64,000 bases of DNA from the NCBI GenBank assembly GCA_036478235.1, contig JAZGDZ010000089.1, positions 3,105 through 67,104 on the forward strand. Reading direction: 5' to 3'. The position numbers and the translations under genes were made by a program. Of the stretch, positions 1-8,587 are shown in pieces (the stretch's first letter is position 1; every line of letters begins with the position of its first letter). The DNA comes from Acidimicrobiia bacterium. GTDB taxonomy: Bacteria; Actinomycetota; Acidimicrobiia; Spongiisociales; UBA11373. The notes under the pieces were generated by a model. It saw only the letters and a program-made list of their open reading frames with translations. It was not told the DNA's origin and made no database searches.

Positions 1-1329
1 GTCAACTCACTGGTCTCCGCGGCACGGTCCGGAAAACAAGTTGTAGTCCTGGTCGAGCTCAAGGCCAGGTTCGACGAAGAAGCAAACATCGCCTGGGTCC
101 GCATCCTCGAGGAAGCGGGCGTGCACGTGGTATACGGCGTCGTCGGACTCAAGACCCACGCCAAGATCGCACTGGTCGTGAGACGGGAGGCCGGGGGGCT
201 GCGTCGCTACGCCCATATCGGAACGGGGAACTACAACCCGAAGACCGCCCGGCTGTACGAGGATCTGGGAGTGCTCACCGGCCGGGAGGAAATTGGGGCG
301 GACCTGTCCGAGTTGTTCAACGTCCTGACCGGCTACGCCCAACAGGCGGATTTTCGCCGCCTCCTGGTCGCTCCGGCCGGTCTCCGCTCCGGGATCATCG
401 ACCGCATCCGCGCCCAGGCCTCCCGGGGTACCGAGGGTCGCATCACGTTCAAGATCAACCACCTCGTCGATCCCGAGATCATCGACGAGCTCTATGCCGC
501 GTCCGCCGCCGGCACCCGCGTCGATTTGATGGTCCGTGGCATCTGCTGCCTGCGACCCGGAGTCGAGGGGCTGTCGGAGACCATCCGGGTGCGTTCCGTG
601 GTGGGCCGCCATCTAGAGCACTCGCGGATCTTCAAGTTCGGCGACGGTACCGATGCCGAGTATCTCATCGGCTCGGCGGACATGATGCCTCGCAACCTGG
701 ACGGAAGGGTCGAGGCGCTCGTCCCGATCGAGGAACCGATGCTGCAGGCCCGCCTCGAAGAGATCCTGGCCGTGGTGTTTGCCGACGATCGCCTGGCCTG
801 GGGGCTGCGCGACGACCGCTGGGACCGGGTGCCGACGGAGGCCGGGCTCAACTCGCACCTCCGCTTCCAGTCCCTCGCCCTGACGAGGGCGCAGGGGGCC
901 GAGCCCGACCCGGATCTGGCACTGGAAACGCCCGACGTCGTGGTCGCCGCCGGGGGAATCGTCACCAGGGGGCGGGATTCGGACCGGCCCGAGACCCTGG
1001 TCGTGCACCGCCCCGCCTACGACGATTGGTCGTTCCCCAAGGGCAAGGTCGATCCGGGAGAGCGCGAGGACGAGGCCGCCCTGCGCGAGGTCCGGGAGGA
1101 GACCGGACTGGAGTGCACCCTCGAGCAGGAGATCGGCAGCGTCGAGTACGCCGATAAGTCCGGCACCCGCAAGGTCGTGCGCTACTGGGCGATGGATCCG
1201 ATCGGGGGCGACTTCGAGCCGAACCAAGAAGTCGACGAGATCCGGTGGCTCGCGGCTTCCGCGGCGATCGATCTCCTCTCGTACGAGAGGGACCGCGCCC
1301 TGCTGCGCTCGACTATGGGCGCTGCATGA
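1..1329 (+). CDS. ppk: Polyphosphate kinase 1, C-terminal ~285 aa (5' end outside window), fused in frame to a C-terminal NUDIX hydrolase domain
   Basis: The frame is open from base 1. PPK1 motifs KQVVVLVELKARFDEE, HAKIALVVRRE and VGRHLEHSRIFKFGDG are present. With no intervening stop a Nudix box follows (GKVDPGEREDEAALREVREETG). Stop TGA at 1327-1329. Confidence 0.8.
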   Translation, partial: VNSLVSAARSGKQVVVLVELKARFDEEANIAWVRILEEAGVHVVYGVVGLKTHAKIALVVRREAGGLRRYAHIGTGNYNPKTARLYEDLGVLTGREEIGADLSELFNVLTGYAQQADFRRLLVAPAGLRSGIIDRIRAQASRGTEGRITFKINHLVDPEIIDELYAASAAGTRVDLMVRGICCLRPGVEGLSETIRVRSVVGRHLEHSRIFKFGDGTDAEYLIGSADMMPRNLDGRVEALVPIEEPMLQARLEEILAVVFADDRLAWGLRDDRWDRVPTEAGLNSHLRFQSLALTRAQGAEPDPDLALETPDVVVAAGGIVTRGRDSDRPETLVVHRPAYDDWSFPKGKVDPGEREDEAALREVREETGLECTLEQEIGSVEYADKSGTRKVVRYWAMDPIGGDFEPNQEVDEIRWLAASAAIDLLSYERDRALLRSTMGAA

Positions 1330-1781
1330 TCTACATCGTCCGCCACGTCCACGCCGGTAACCGGTCCAAGTGGTCGGGTCCCGACCACAAGCGGCCCGTC
1401 AGCCCGAGGGGGATCATTCAGGCCAAGGCCATCGCCGAGTACCTGGCCGACCGGGGTGCCCGTCAGATCTTCACCAGCCCCTACCTGCGCTGCATCCAAA
1501 CCGTTGCCCCGCTGGCGCATGCTCTCGGAGTCGGATACGTCGACCTCCCGGAACTCGCCGAGGGAGCGCCCCCCGAAGGGGCGGCAGCCCTGGTGCGCAC
1601 CGCCAAGCGGGGCACCGTCATCTGCTCCCACGGCGACGTGCTGCAGAGCCTCGTCGGCCACCTCGCTGCCCACGAAGCACCCATCGATCCCGACACCGAG
1701 ATCGAAAAGGGAGGTATCTGGCGGCTCAAGCTGGACGACGGGCGAGTTACGAAGGCCAAGTACGTACCGCCGATGAAGTAG
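1326..1781 (+). CDS. Histidine phosphatase family protein (SixA / phosphoglycerate-mutase-like; resembles the C-terminal domain of mycobacterial MutT1)
   Basis: Begins MIYIVRHVHAGNRS with the RHG catalytic motif and has a later SHGD motif. Its ATG overlaps the upstream TGA (ATGA). The upstream in-frame extension from 1245 is rejected. Confidence 0.7.
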   Translation: MIYIVRHVHAGNRSKWSGPDHKRPVSPRGIIQAKAIAEYLADRGARQIFTSPYLRCIQTVAPLAHALGVGYVDLPELAEGAPPEGAAALVRTAKRGTVICSHGDVLQSLVGHLAAHEAPIDPDTEIEKGGIWRLKLDDGRVTKAKYVPPMK

Positions 1782-1828
1782 CCGTTGGCCATTAGCCATT
1801 GGCCGTAAGCGCTGGCATCCACCAGCAG

Positions 1829-1891
1829 CGACTGGTGACTTGTGGCCGGCAACTGACGACTGGCGACCGGCGACTGGCGACTGGCGACTGG
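1829..1891. repeat. Heptanucleotide tandem repeat (CGACTGG)n, ~9 units with degeneracy
   Basis: Direct reading gives cgactgg tgacttg tggccgg caactga cgactgg cgaccgg cgactgg cgactgg cgactgg. It lies in the intergenic region upstream of pgl. Confidence 0.8.
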
Positions 1892-1976
1892 AAACTCTCC
1901 CCTCCAGGGCGAGGCAACGAGCGAAGCGAGTTGGTGGGGGTCGCGAGCGTGGCGACTGTCTACCATCGCCCGACTC

Positions 1977-2678
1977 ATGCGCATCCGGATTCTCACCAAC
2001 GCCGCCGCCCTCGCCGAGGTGGCCGCAGACGAGATCGCAGGCTGGCTCACGCGCCACGTCGACCGCACGATCGGCCTCGCGGGAGGCTCCACGCCGCGCC
2101 TGACCTACGAGCTGTTGGCCGATAGAACCGTCCCCTGGGAAGCCGTGCATGCCTGGATGACGGACGAACGTCACGTCCCCGAGAACCATCCGGAGTCGAA
2201 CGCCGGCATGGCCCGCCGGGCACTGTTCGACCACGTCCCGGCCACACTGCACGCCGTCCCGCACAACGAGAACCCGCAGGTGGCCGCCGCCGGATACGAA
2301 GAGATGCTGCGGCGCCTACTCGGCCCCACCCGCGGCGGCGGCCCACAGCCCGGGCTCGTCGTGCTCGGGGTCGGTGAGGACGGCCATACCGCCTCGCTGT
2401 TTCCGGGGTCGGCGGCCCTCGAAGAAAACGAGCGAGACTTCATGGCCAACTGGGTGGCAGACAAGGCCTCCTGGCGGCTCACTGCGACGCTGCCGCTGCT
2501 GGCGAGGGCTCGCCGCACCCTCTTTCTGGTGTCGGGCGAGCGCAAGGCTGGGGTCGTCGCCGAGATCCTGGAACGGAGCGCCGATCTCCCGGCGGCGGCG
2601 GTCCACCGTCTCGCCCGGGACTCGGTGTGGCTCCTGGACCGTGCCGCCGCCTCCGCCCTCTCCCAGGCGGGGACCTAG
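1977..2678 (+). CDS. pgl: 6-phosphogluconolactonase
   Basis: Motifs LAGGSTP, WEAVHAWMTDERHV and GEDGHTASLFPG are typical of the DevB/Pgl family. Confidence 0.85.
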   Translation: MRIRILTNAAALAEVAADEIAGWLTRHVDRTIGLAGGSTPRLTYELLADRTVPWEAVHAWMTDERHVPENHPESNAGMARRALFDHVPATLHAVPHNENPQVAAAGYEEMLRRLLGPTRGGGPQPGLVVLGVGEDGHTASLFPGSAALEENERDFMANWVADKASWRLTATLPLLARARRTLFLVSGERKAGVVAEILERSADLPAAAVHRLARDSVWLLDRAAASALSQAGT

Positions 2679-2840
2679 GAGTCTGCTGAGTGATGCCGTT
2701 GCTCATATCGGCGGCCAGGCGCGCCAGCCGCAAGGATCTCGGTTTCGCCACTCCTCATGCAGGAATGGCGGAACCGAGGACACCGCGAATGGCGATGATC
2801 TGGTCGTCGAGATGAGTGACATGTATTGCTCAGCGGGCTC

Positions 2841-3383
2841 TCAACCGTCCGAGGTGCTCGTCGTGCCGGAGCCATCAGAGGTGGTCGGCACCTCCGAGGT
2901 GCTCGACGTGTCGGAGCCGTCGGCGGTCGTCGTAGCCGTCGTCTCCGAAACCACCGAGGTACTGGATGTCGTCGGGGCTTCGAAGGTGTCGGTGGCCGGC
3001 TCACCCGTGAGTAGCAGCTCGAGCAGTCGCTCGCTGAGCGGCCCCTCGGGGTTCAGATCCGCTTCGGCAAACGCCCTCTCCTGGATCCCGGCAGGGTCAC
3101 ACCGCAGCGCCCGAACCCTGATGTCCAGATCACGCCCGGCCCGCTCCAGGTCGACGAGTCCCTCGGGCCACGCCTGGCGATCTGTGAACTCCCGCAGCAG
3201 GGTTTCGTCCAGTTCGGCGATCAAGTTCTCCAGGTACCGAACCGTGTCGGCGATGACGCGGTCGCACGTGTCATTCTCAATCGTCGTCGTCGTCGACGAC
3301 GTCGACGAAGTCGGCCCTGAGGCCGACGACTCGCACGCGGCCACGACGACAAGGAATACCGCCATTGCGGCACGGAGTCTCAC
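2841..3383 (-). CDS. Hypothetical acidic Ser/Thr-rich lipoprotein
   Basis: Signal peptide with lipobox (FLVVVAAC). Low-complexity S/T-rich termini. Same strand as the BMC operon and immediately downstream of it. Confidence 0.5.
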   Translation of the reverse strand: MRLRAAMAVFLVVVAACESSASGPTSSTSSTTTTIENDTCDRVIADTVRYLENLIAELDETLLREFTDRQAWPEGLVDLERAGRDLDIRVRALRCDPAGIQERAFAEADLNPEGPLSERLLELLLTGEPATDTFEAPTTSSTSVVSETTATTTADGSDTSSTSEVPTTSDGSGTTSTSDG

Positions 3384-3429
3384 TAGACGGCGAGATTACC
3401 TCCGGGCCGGAACTGCCCGGCCCCCTGGA

Positions 3430-3822
3430 TCACTCGTCGAAGAACCCGCCCTCGCCGGAACGCACACCCTCGAGGATGAACTGGCCGAAGACCGAATCGG
3501 CCGACAGGTCCCCGGCGCGGTTCGCCATCAGGGCCGCCATTTGCTCGTCCGAGCATCCCAGCTCGTCGGCGCGGGCGGTCAGCTCGTCACCCCGTGCCTC
3601 TACGTCGGCGAACACCTCAGGCGTCTCGTCGGATTCACCCAGAGCCGCCAGGGCCTCTATGTCGAGGTCGTCGATGATGTCGATCGTGTCCTGGAGCAGG
3701 GCGATGCCGGCGACCGCAAGCCCTTCACAGGAGTCGACCGACCCGGGATCGGCCGCATCGTCGTCTCCGCAGGTGGCGGTGACCAGTGCCATGGCGAGCA
3801 GGGCAACGGCGAGGCGTCTCAT
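3430..3822 (-). CDS. Hypothetical acidic lipoprotein
   Basis: Begins MRRLAVALLAMALVTATCG with a lipobox. Acidic helical composition. It starts 45 nt downstream of the last BMC-P gene. Confidence 0.5.
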   Translation of the reverse strand: MRRLAVALLAMALVTATCGDDDAADPGSVDSCEGLAVAGIALLQDTIDIIDDLDIEALAALGESDETPEVFADVEARGDELTARADELGCSDEQMAALMANRAGDLSADSVFGQFILEGVRSGEGGFFDE

Positions 3823-3867
3823 CGATCATTCCTTCGGTTCGGCTGCGGGGAGGTTACCGAGTTGGAA

Positions 3868-4158
3868 TCAAGCGATGGCGATCGAGTCACCGCCCACCCA
3901 GAGTTCGTCGATGATGCCCACGACCACGGCGCGGATGGGAGCGTGCGGATCGCCCACGATCTGACGGGCGCCGTTGCCCTCGTCGAGGATCAGCACCATC
4001 TCGCCGTGTCCGGCGCCGACGGCATCGACGCAAATCAGGTACCCGCCGGTGTCTTCGCCGGCCGAATCGAGCAGATCGCACATCAGCAGACGACGACCGT
4101 CGTAGATCGGATGGCTGATCGTCGACACGACCGTCCCCGAGATCCGCCCCAGCTTCAC
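3868..4158 (-). CDS. BMC vertex protein (BMC-P, EutN/CcmL/PduN family), paralog 1
   Basis: Begins MKLGRISGTVVST..., characteristic of EutN_CcmL. 96 aa. Overlaps the next gene by 4 nt. Confidence 0.8.
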   Translation of the reverse strand: MKLGRISGTVVSTISHPIYDGRRLLMCDLLDSAGEDTGGYLICVDAVGAGHGEMVLILDEGNGARQIVGDPHAPIRAVVVGIIDELWVGGDSIAIA

Positions 4159-4424
4159 GATCTGGAAACCTGATCGACGATCCCGACGATGGCGTGGTCC
4201 ACCGGGACGAACGGTTCCGGCATGGCCAGCGCTGCCTCACGGCTCCCCACGACGTAGACCAACTCCCCCGGCCCCGCCATCGCCACCGCGTCGGCTGCGA
4301 TCACCATGTCTCCTTCGGGGTTGCAATCGCGGTCGAGGGGCTGCACGACCAGAAAGCGAATCCCCTCCAGACCCTCGTACTTGACCGTTGCGACGAGCGT
4401 CCCGGTCACCTCAGCGAGCTGCAT
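4155..4424 (-). CDS. BMC vertex protein (BMC-P), paralog 2
   Basis: Begins MQLAEVTGTLVATVKYEGLEGIRFLVVQPLD..., an EutN/CcmL fold signature. Start placed at the internal Met; the arginine-rich upstream extension is rejected. Confidence 0.75.
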   Translation of the reverse strand: MQLAEVTGTLVATVKYEGLEGIRFLVVQPLDRDCNPEGDMVIAADAVAMAGPGELVYVVGSREAALAMPEPFVPVDHAIVGIVDQVSRS

Positions 4425-5013
4425 CGTCGTCCTCGCGGCCCATCCGAACAGAGAATCGGGAGTGATGGGTGAGGTTGTCGCCCATCTCGTCGTGGAGTTG
4501 CGGGATGACCGCGGAACCGACCAACTCGGAGTCGTCCACCCGACCCGAACCGATCTCCACAGCAGCCTCGACATCGGAAACGGCTCCGCCGAAGAGGAGA
4601 TAGGCCTTCCCGCCGAGGCCGTCGGCCAGGTTGATTTCGAGCAGGTCCACCGCGGCGCCCTTGAGTCCGGCGTCGGCCGCAGCCAGCACAGGTGCCACGG
4701 ACGCGGTCTCGATCACGCCCAGAGATTCGACCGGACCGGGAACTCGCATACCGCGTAGCGCCTCGACGACCCCGGGGTGGACGTCCAGAAGAACGATTTG
4801 GGCCACGAGTGACAACCCACCGATCTCGAGGCCTGCAGCGACCGACTCCTCGACGCTGGCCACATCGCCGGCCACCAGGACCAGGTACCTGCCCGGCTGG
4901 ACCGATCCGGCCACGAGGTCTCCGATCGGGGCACGCTTGACCATGGCGTCCCCGGCGACGATCCCAGTCGCCACCGAGTCAAACTCGAGCAGCCCGATGG
5001 CCGGGTTGGTCAC
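4411..5013 (-). CDS. Tandem-domain BMC shell protein (BMC-T, PduT-like)
   Basis: Starts with the canonical BMC motif AIGLLEFDSVATGIVAGDAMVKRA. A second BMC domain follows (SLGVIETASVAPVLAAADAGLKGAAVDLLEI). 200 aa. Confidence 0.7.
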   Translation of the reverse strand: MTNPAIGLLEFDSVATGIVAGDAMVKRAPIGDLVAGSVQPGRYLVLVAGDVASVEESVAAGLEIGGLSLVAQIVLLDVHPGVVEALRGMRVPGPVESLGVIETASVAPVLAAADAGLKGAAVDLLEINLADGLGGKAYLLFGGAVSDVEAAVEIGSGRVDDSELVGSAVIPQLHDEMGDNLTHHSRFSVRMGREDDDAAR

Positions 5014-6461
5014 ACGATCCTCAGGGCGCCCACGACCGCGATTCGGCGCTCCCGCGTGAAGGTGATCGGCCTCGTCATGCCGTCACCGCTCGGACTGGCG
5101 ATCGAGAACGAGGTGAACCCCTCCCCTCCCTGGCCGAGTCCGGCGTAGTTGGGGCCGTTGGCTATGAAGATGCTCACGTTGATGGATCGGGCCATCCGGG
5201 TGATGTTGGAGACGTCGTTCGAATGGATCGAGGCGGTGTGGCTGAAGCCGTGCTCCGACCGGATTGCCAGGTCGATTGCAGCATCGATGTCGGCCACGGC
5301 CGTGACCGGGAACACGGGCATCATCTGCTCCGTCCACACCAGGTTGTGATCGTTCGGGACCTGCGCCACCAGTAGTCGGGGGTCTCCGTCGACATCGACA
5401 CCGGCGGCCGCGGCGATGGCTCCGGCGTTCTTGCCGATCCACGAGCGGTTGATCACCCCGGGCCTCCCGGGGGGTCCCATCGAGTCGAAGATCACCCTCT
5501 CGACCTTCTTCAACTCGTGCTCTTTGAGTATGTGGGTGCCGTTGCGGCCCATTGCCCGCACCAGGTCGTCGAAGATCGACTTCACGGCGATCCCGGTCTT
5601 CTCGTCGGTGCAGACGACGTTGTTGTCGAACGATGCGCCGGCGACGATGTCTCGGGCCGCGCGCTCCACGTCGGCCGTCTCGTCCACAACGGCCGGAGGA
5701 TTGCCGGGACCCGCGGTCACCGAGCGCTTGTCGGTCTTGAGCGCCTCGCGCACGACTCCGGGGCCTCCGGTGACCAGCAGCACCCGGATCCCGGGATGCT
5801 GCATCAACTCCTGGGCGCTCTCGATGGTCGGCTCGGGGATCCCGGTCACCAGGTTCGGCGGCCCGCCGGCGGCCAGCACCGCCCGGTTGAGGAGGCGGAT
5901 GTTCTCCGCCGATACCCGCTTTGCGTTCGGATGGACGTTGAACACGACCGCGTTTCCCCCGCTGAGGATCGCGATGGTGTTGTTGATGATGGTCGATGTC
6001 GGGTTGGTGGTCGGGGTGATCGAGCCGATCAGCCCGAACGGGGCGTGCTCGGTGAGCATCATGCCGGCGTCGCCCGTCTCGATCAGCGGCTCGAGGTCCT
6101 CGGGTCCCGGGGTGCGGGTGGCGACGAGGATGTTCTTGCGCACCTTGTCTTCGGCGCGGCCGAGGCCGGTCTCCTCGTGGGCCATCGCGGCGAGGCGCTC
6201 CGCCTGATCGATCATCGCGGTCCGGATCGAGGCGACGACTGCAGAGCGGATCTCCAAGCCCATGGCCGTGTACGCCTTGTAGGCGCTCTCGGCCGCCTTC
6301 ACTGCTTCGCCGATTGTGGCGAACAGGCCCTCCCCGAGCTCCGCTTCGGGGATCTCCGCCGGAATGCGGGGATGCTCGGGAACGGCGTCCGGCGTGCCGC
6401 CGAGCCGGGTACGAACCCGGGCGATGATCTCGCGGATCTCTTGCTCGTCGAAGGCGCTCAC
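5010..6461 (-). CDS. CoA-acylating aldehyde dehydrogenase (EutE/PduP-like) with an N-terminal encapsulation-peptide-like extension
   Basis: Aldehyde dehydrogenase superfamily. N-terminal amphipathic segment [15 protein letters not shown] is followed by a Pro-rich linker. It sits inside the shell-protein operon. Confidence 0.8.
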   Translation of the reverse strand: MSAFDEQEIREIIARVRTRLGGTPDAVPEHPRIPAEIPEAELGEGLFATIGEAVKAAESAYKAYTAMGLEIRSAVVASIRTAMIDQAERLAAMAHEETGLGRAEDKVRKNILVATRTPGPEDLEPLIETGDAGMMLTEHAPFGLIGSITPTTNPTSTIINNTIAILSGGNAVVFNVHPNAKRVSAENIRLLNRAVLAAGGPPNLVTGIPEPTIESAQELMQHPGIRVLLVTGGPGVVREALKTDKRSVTAGPGNPPAVVDETADVERAARDIVAGASFDNNVVCTDEKTGIAVKSIFDDLVRAMGRNGTHILKEHELKKVERVIFDSMGPPGRPGVINRSWIGKNAGAIAAAAGVDVDGDPRLLVAQVPNDHNLVWTEQMMPVFPVTAVADIDAAIDLAIRSEHGFSHTASIHSNDVSNITRMARSINVSIFIANGPNYAGLGQGGEGFTSFSIASPSGDGMTRPITFTRERRIAVVGALRIV

Positions 6462-6745
6462 TTCACGTACTTCACTTCACCGCCGACCTCCCAGGTGTCC
6501 ACGATCGCCATCACAACCGCGTCACAAGGCCGGTCCTTGGTCAGGACCGTCTGGCGGGCCGACGAACCGGTGGCGTACAGCACCACCTCACCGACCCCGG
6601 CACCGACGGCGTCGGCTGCGACGACGTATCCACCGGTCTCGGCCTGCTCGACGTCGAGCTGCTTGATCACCAGGAACTTGAGGCCCTCGAGGGTGTCTTC
6701 CTTCCTCGACGACACAAGCGTCCCGGCGACCCGTCCCAGAAGCAC
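6458..6745 (-). CDS. BMC vertex protein (BMC-P), paralog 3
   Basis: Begins [31 protein letters not shown]..., EutN/CcmL family. 95 aa. Confidence 0.8.
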   Translation of the reverse strand: MLLGRVAGTLVSSRKEDTLEGLKFLVIKQLDVEQAETGGYVVAADAVGAGVGEVVLYATGSSARQTVLTKDRPCDAVVMAIVDTWEVGGEVKYVK

Positions 6746-6759
6746 GGGCTACCCCGTTC

Positions 6760-7062
6760 CTAGCTGGACTCCGCCTCGGCCTCTTCGTGACGGCCGAGCG
6801 GCATGACCAGATCGATGTTGGTGTGGGGACGGGCGATGAGGTGAGTGGCGACGACCTCACCGACCTTCTCGGCGCCGCGGATGCCGGCGTCGATCGCAGC
6901 CTTTACCGCGGCAACGTCGCCGCGAATGACCGCCGTCACATAGCCGCCGCCGGTCTTCTCGTACGACACGAGCTCGACCTTTGCGGCCTTCACCATCGCA
7001 TCTCCTGCCTCGACCACCGCGGCGAATCCGCGGCATTCGATCATCCCGAGTGCTTCAGCCAT
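6760..7062 (-). CDS. BMC hexamer shell protein (BMC-H, PduA/EutM-like)
   Basis: Matches the canonical single-domain BMC sequence MAEALGMIECRGFAAVVEAGDAMVKAAKVELVSYEKTGGGYVTAVIRGDVAAVKAAIDAG...ARPH. Confidence 0.85.
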   Translation of the reverse strand: MAEALGMIECRGFAAVVEAGDAMVKAAKVELVSYEKTGGGYVTAVIRGDVAAVKAAIDAGIRGAEKVGEVVATHLIARPHTNIDLVMPLGRHEEAEAESS

Positions 7063-7107
7063 GGGCTCTCGTTCTCCTTTTCGTTGTCAATCCTCCGGGC
7101 GGAGCCG

Positions 7108-7743
7108 CTAATTCGCCTCCGTGCCTTCGATGCCTTCGAGGCCTTCGAGCGCATCCACCGCGGCCCGCCAGCCGACGTCGATGTCCCGCTCCTCTCCCCC
7201 GAGATAGACCCTTCCCAGCGATCCGAACGAGCGGACCTCCAGGATGTTGATGTCGGCCGCCTTCTCGGCCTCGTTGGCGGCGAGGGCAGCGTAGGACGCC
7301 GGCTCCATCTCGAGCACATAGAGCGTCTGACCGGGAATGAGCATCTGGCCGTGGCGCATCCGGTTGATGAGCTGCGCCTGGTGGTCGTCGATCCGCCGGA
7401 TTATCTGCGATGAGGCGATGCGGGGCTTGACGCGATCGGTCTCCTCGTGGCCGATCTCCGACAGGATGGCCGCTCCGGCGGCGCGCACGTCGGCCTGTTC
7501 CGGTGAGTGGATCTCGAGCAGCCCGAAGTAGCGCTCGACGATTTGCATGCCCGGCTTGACATGGGTCGCCTTGAGAGCGATATCGGTGAGACGGTTGATC
7601 TCGATCCCTGGAGAGATCTCGACGTAGAGGCTGGCGTCGCCGGCGAGCGGGAGGAAACCCTGGGCGATCGTGCCCAGGAACGCCGCGTACTGCGGCTGGA
7701 GGCTGTCGAGGAACGAGTATCCCCGCAGGTCAATACCGGCCAC
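7108..7743 (-). CDS. Putative second tandem-domain BMC shell protein (BMC-T)
   Basis: 211 aa with two diverged BMC-like halves ([39 protein letters not shown] and [51 protein letters not shown]). Whether the domains are permuted (EutL/PduB-like) cannot be told from sequence alone. Confidence 0.55.
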   Translation of the reverse strand: MAGIDLRGYSFLDSLQPQYAAFLGTIAQGFLPLAGDASLYVEISPGIEINRLTDIALKATHVKPGMQIVERYFGLLEIHSPEQADVRAAGAAILSEIGHEETDRVKPRIASSQIIRRIDDHQAQLINRMRHGQMLIPGQTLYVLEMEPASYAALAANEAEKAADINILEVRSFGSLGRVYLGGEERDIDVGWRAAVDALEGLEGIEGTEAN

Positions 7744-8587
7744 TGGCTGTCCCTCCTGTCACGATCTCGATTCCGGCGGATGCTCCGATTCTGGTCGCAC
7801 CGGCCGCGATCATCTGTTTGGCGTCTTCGGCACTGCGAATCCCCCCGGAGGCCTTCACCCCCATGTCCGGCCCCACCGCCTCCCGCATCAGTGCCACGTC
7901 GTACACCGTCGCCCCGCCCGGGCCGAAACCGGTCGACGTCTTCACGAAGTGGGCACGGGCCCGGCGGGCGATCCGGGAGACAATCACCTTTTCGTCATCC
8001 TCGAGCAAAGCCGCCTCGATTATGACCTTGCACAACGCTCCCGCCTCGCGGCACGAATCCGTCACCCCGACGATGTCGCGCTCGACGAGCTCGTAGTCCC
8101 CCGACTTGAGAGCGCCGACATTGACGACCATGTCGATCTCGCGGGCGCCGTCGCGGATGGCGCGCCGCGCCTCCAAGGCCTTTACCTCCGGGGTGGTCGC
8201 TCCGAGCGGGAACCCGACAACGCAGCACGTCAGGACCTGGGACCCGCGCAGCCTCTCGGCCACCCTTTTCGCCCACGTCGGGTTGACACACACGCTGGCA
8301 AACCCGTACTCGATCGCCTCGTCGCACATCCGGTCGACCTCCGCCGCGGTGGCGTCGGGTCTGAGCAGCGTATGATCGATGAATCCGGCGAGGTCGCCGG
8401 GGACATCCGCCCCGTTTCCGCTGTACGAGACCCGGGCAGCGCCGGCGGCGATCACCGACCGCACCTTCTCCGAAGAGTGGGCGGCGCAGTCACCCACACA
8501 GGCGAGGTAGTCATCCCAGGCCTCGCCGGCGATGGCGGCAAGCACCTCCTGGGTGATGGCATCGACAAGTTGGTCGCGTTCGGTCAC
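7730..8587 (-). CDS. deoC: Deoxyribose-phosphate aldolase (class I, DeoC family) with a ~70-aa N-terminal extension
   Basis: DeoC core motifs [33 protein letters not shown] and FVKTSTGF. The N-terminal helix [17 protein letters not shown] resembles an encapsulation peptide. Confidence 0.8.
   Translation of the reverse strand: MTERDQLVDAITQEVLAAIAGEAWDDYLACVGDCAAHSSEKVRSVIAAGAARVSYSGNGADVPGDLAGFIDHTLLRPDATAAEVDRMCDEAIEYGFASVCVNPTWAKRVAERLRGSQVLTCCVVGFPLGATTPEVKALEARRAIRDGAREIDMVVNVGALKSGDYELVERDIVGVTDSCREAGALCKVIIEAALLEDDEKVIVSRIARRARAHFVKTSTGFGPGGATVYDVALMREAVGPDMGVKASGGIRSAEDAKQMIAAGATRIGASAGIEIVTGGTASGRY

Noticed and set aside
2374-4173. 599-aa plus-strand ORF spanning the lipoprotein and BMC-P genes
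   Set aside because: Antisense to several well-supported genes. Arg/Ser/Pro-rich low-complexity composition typical of spurious frames in high-GC DNA.
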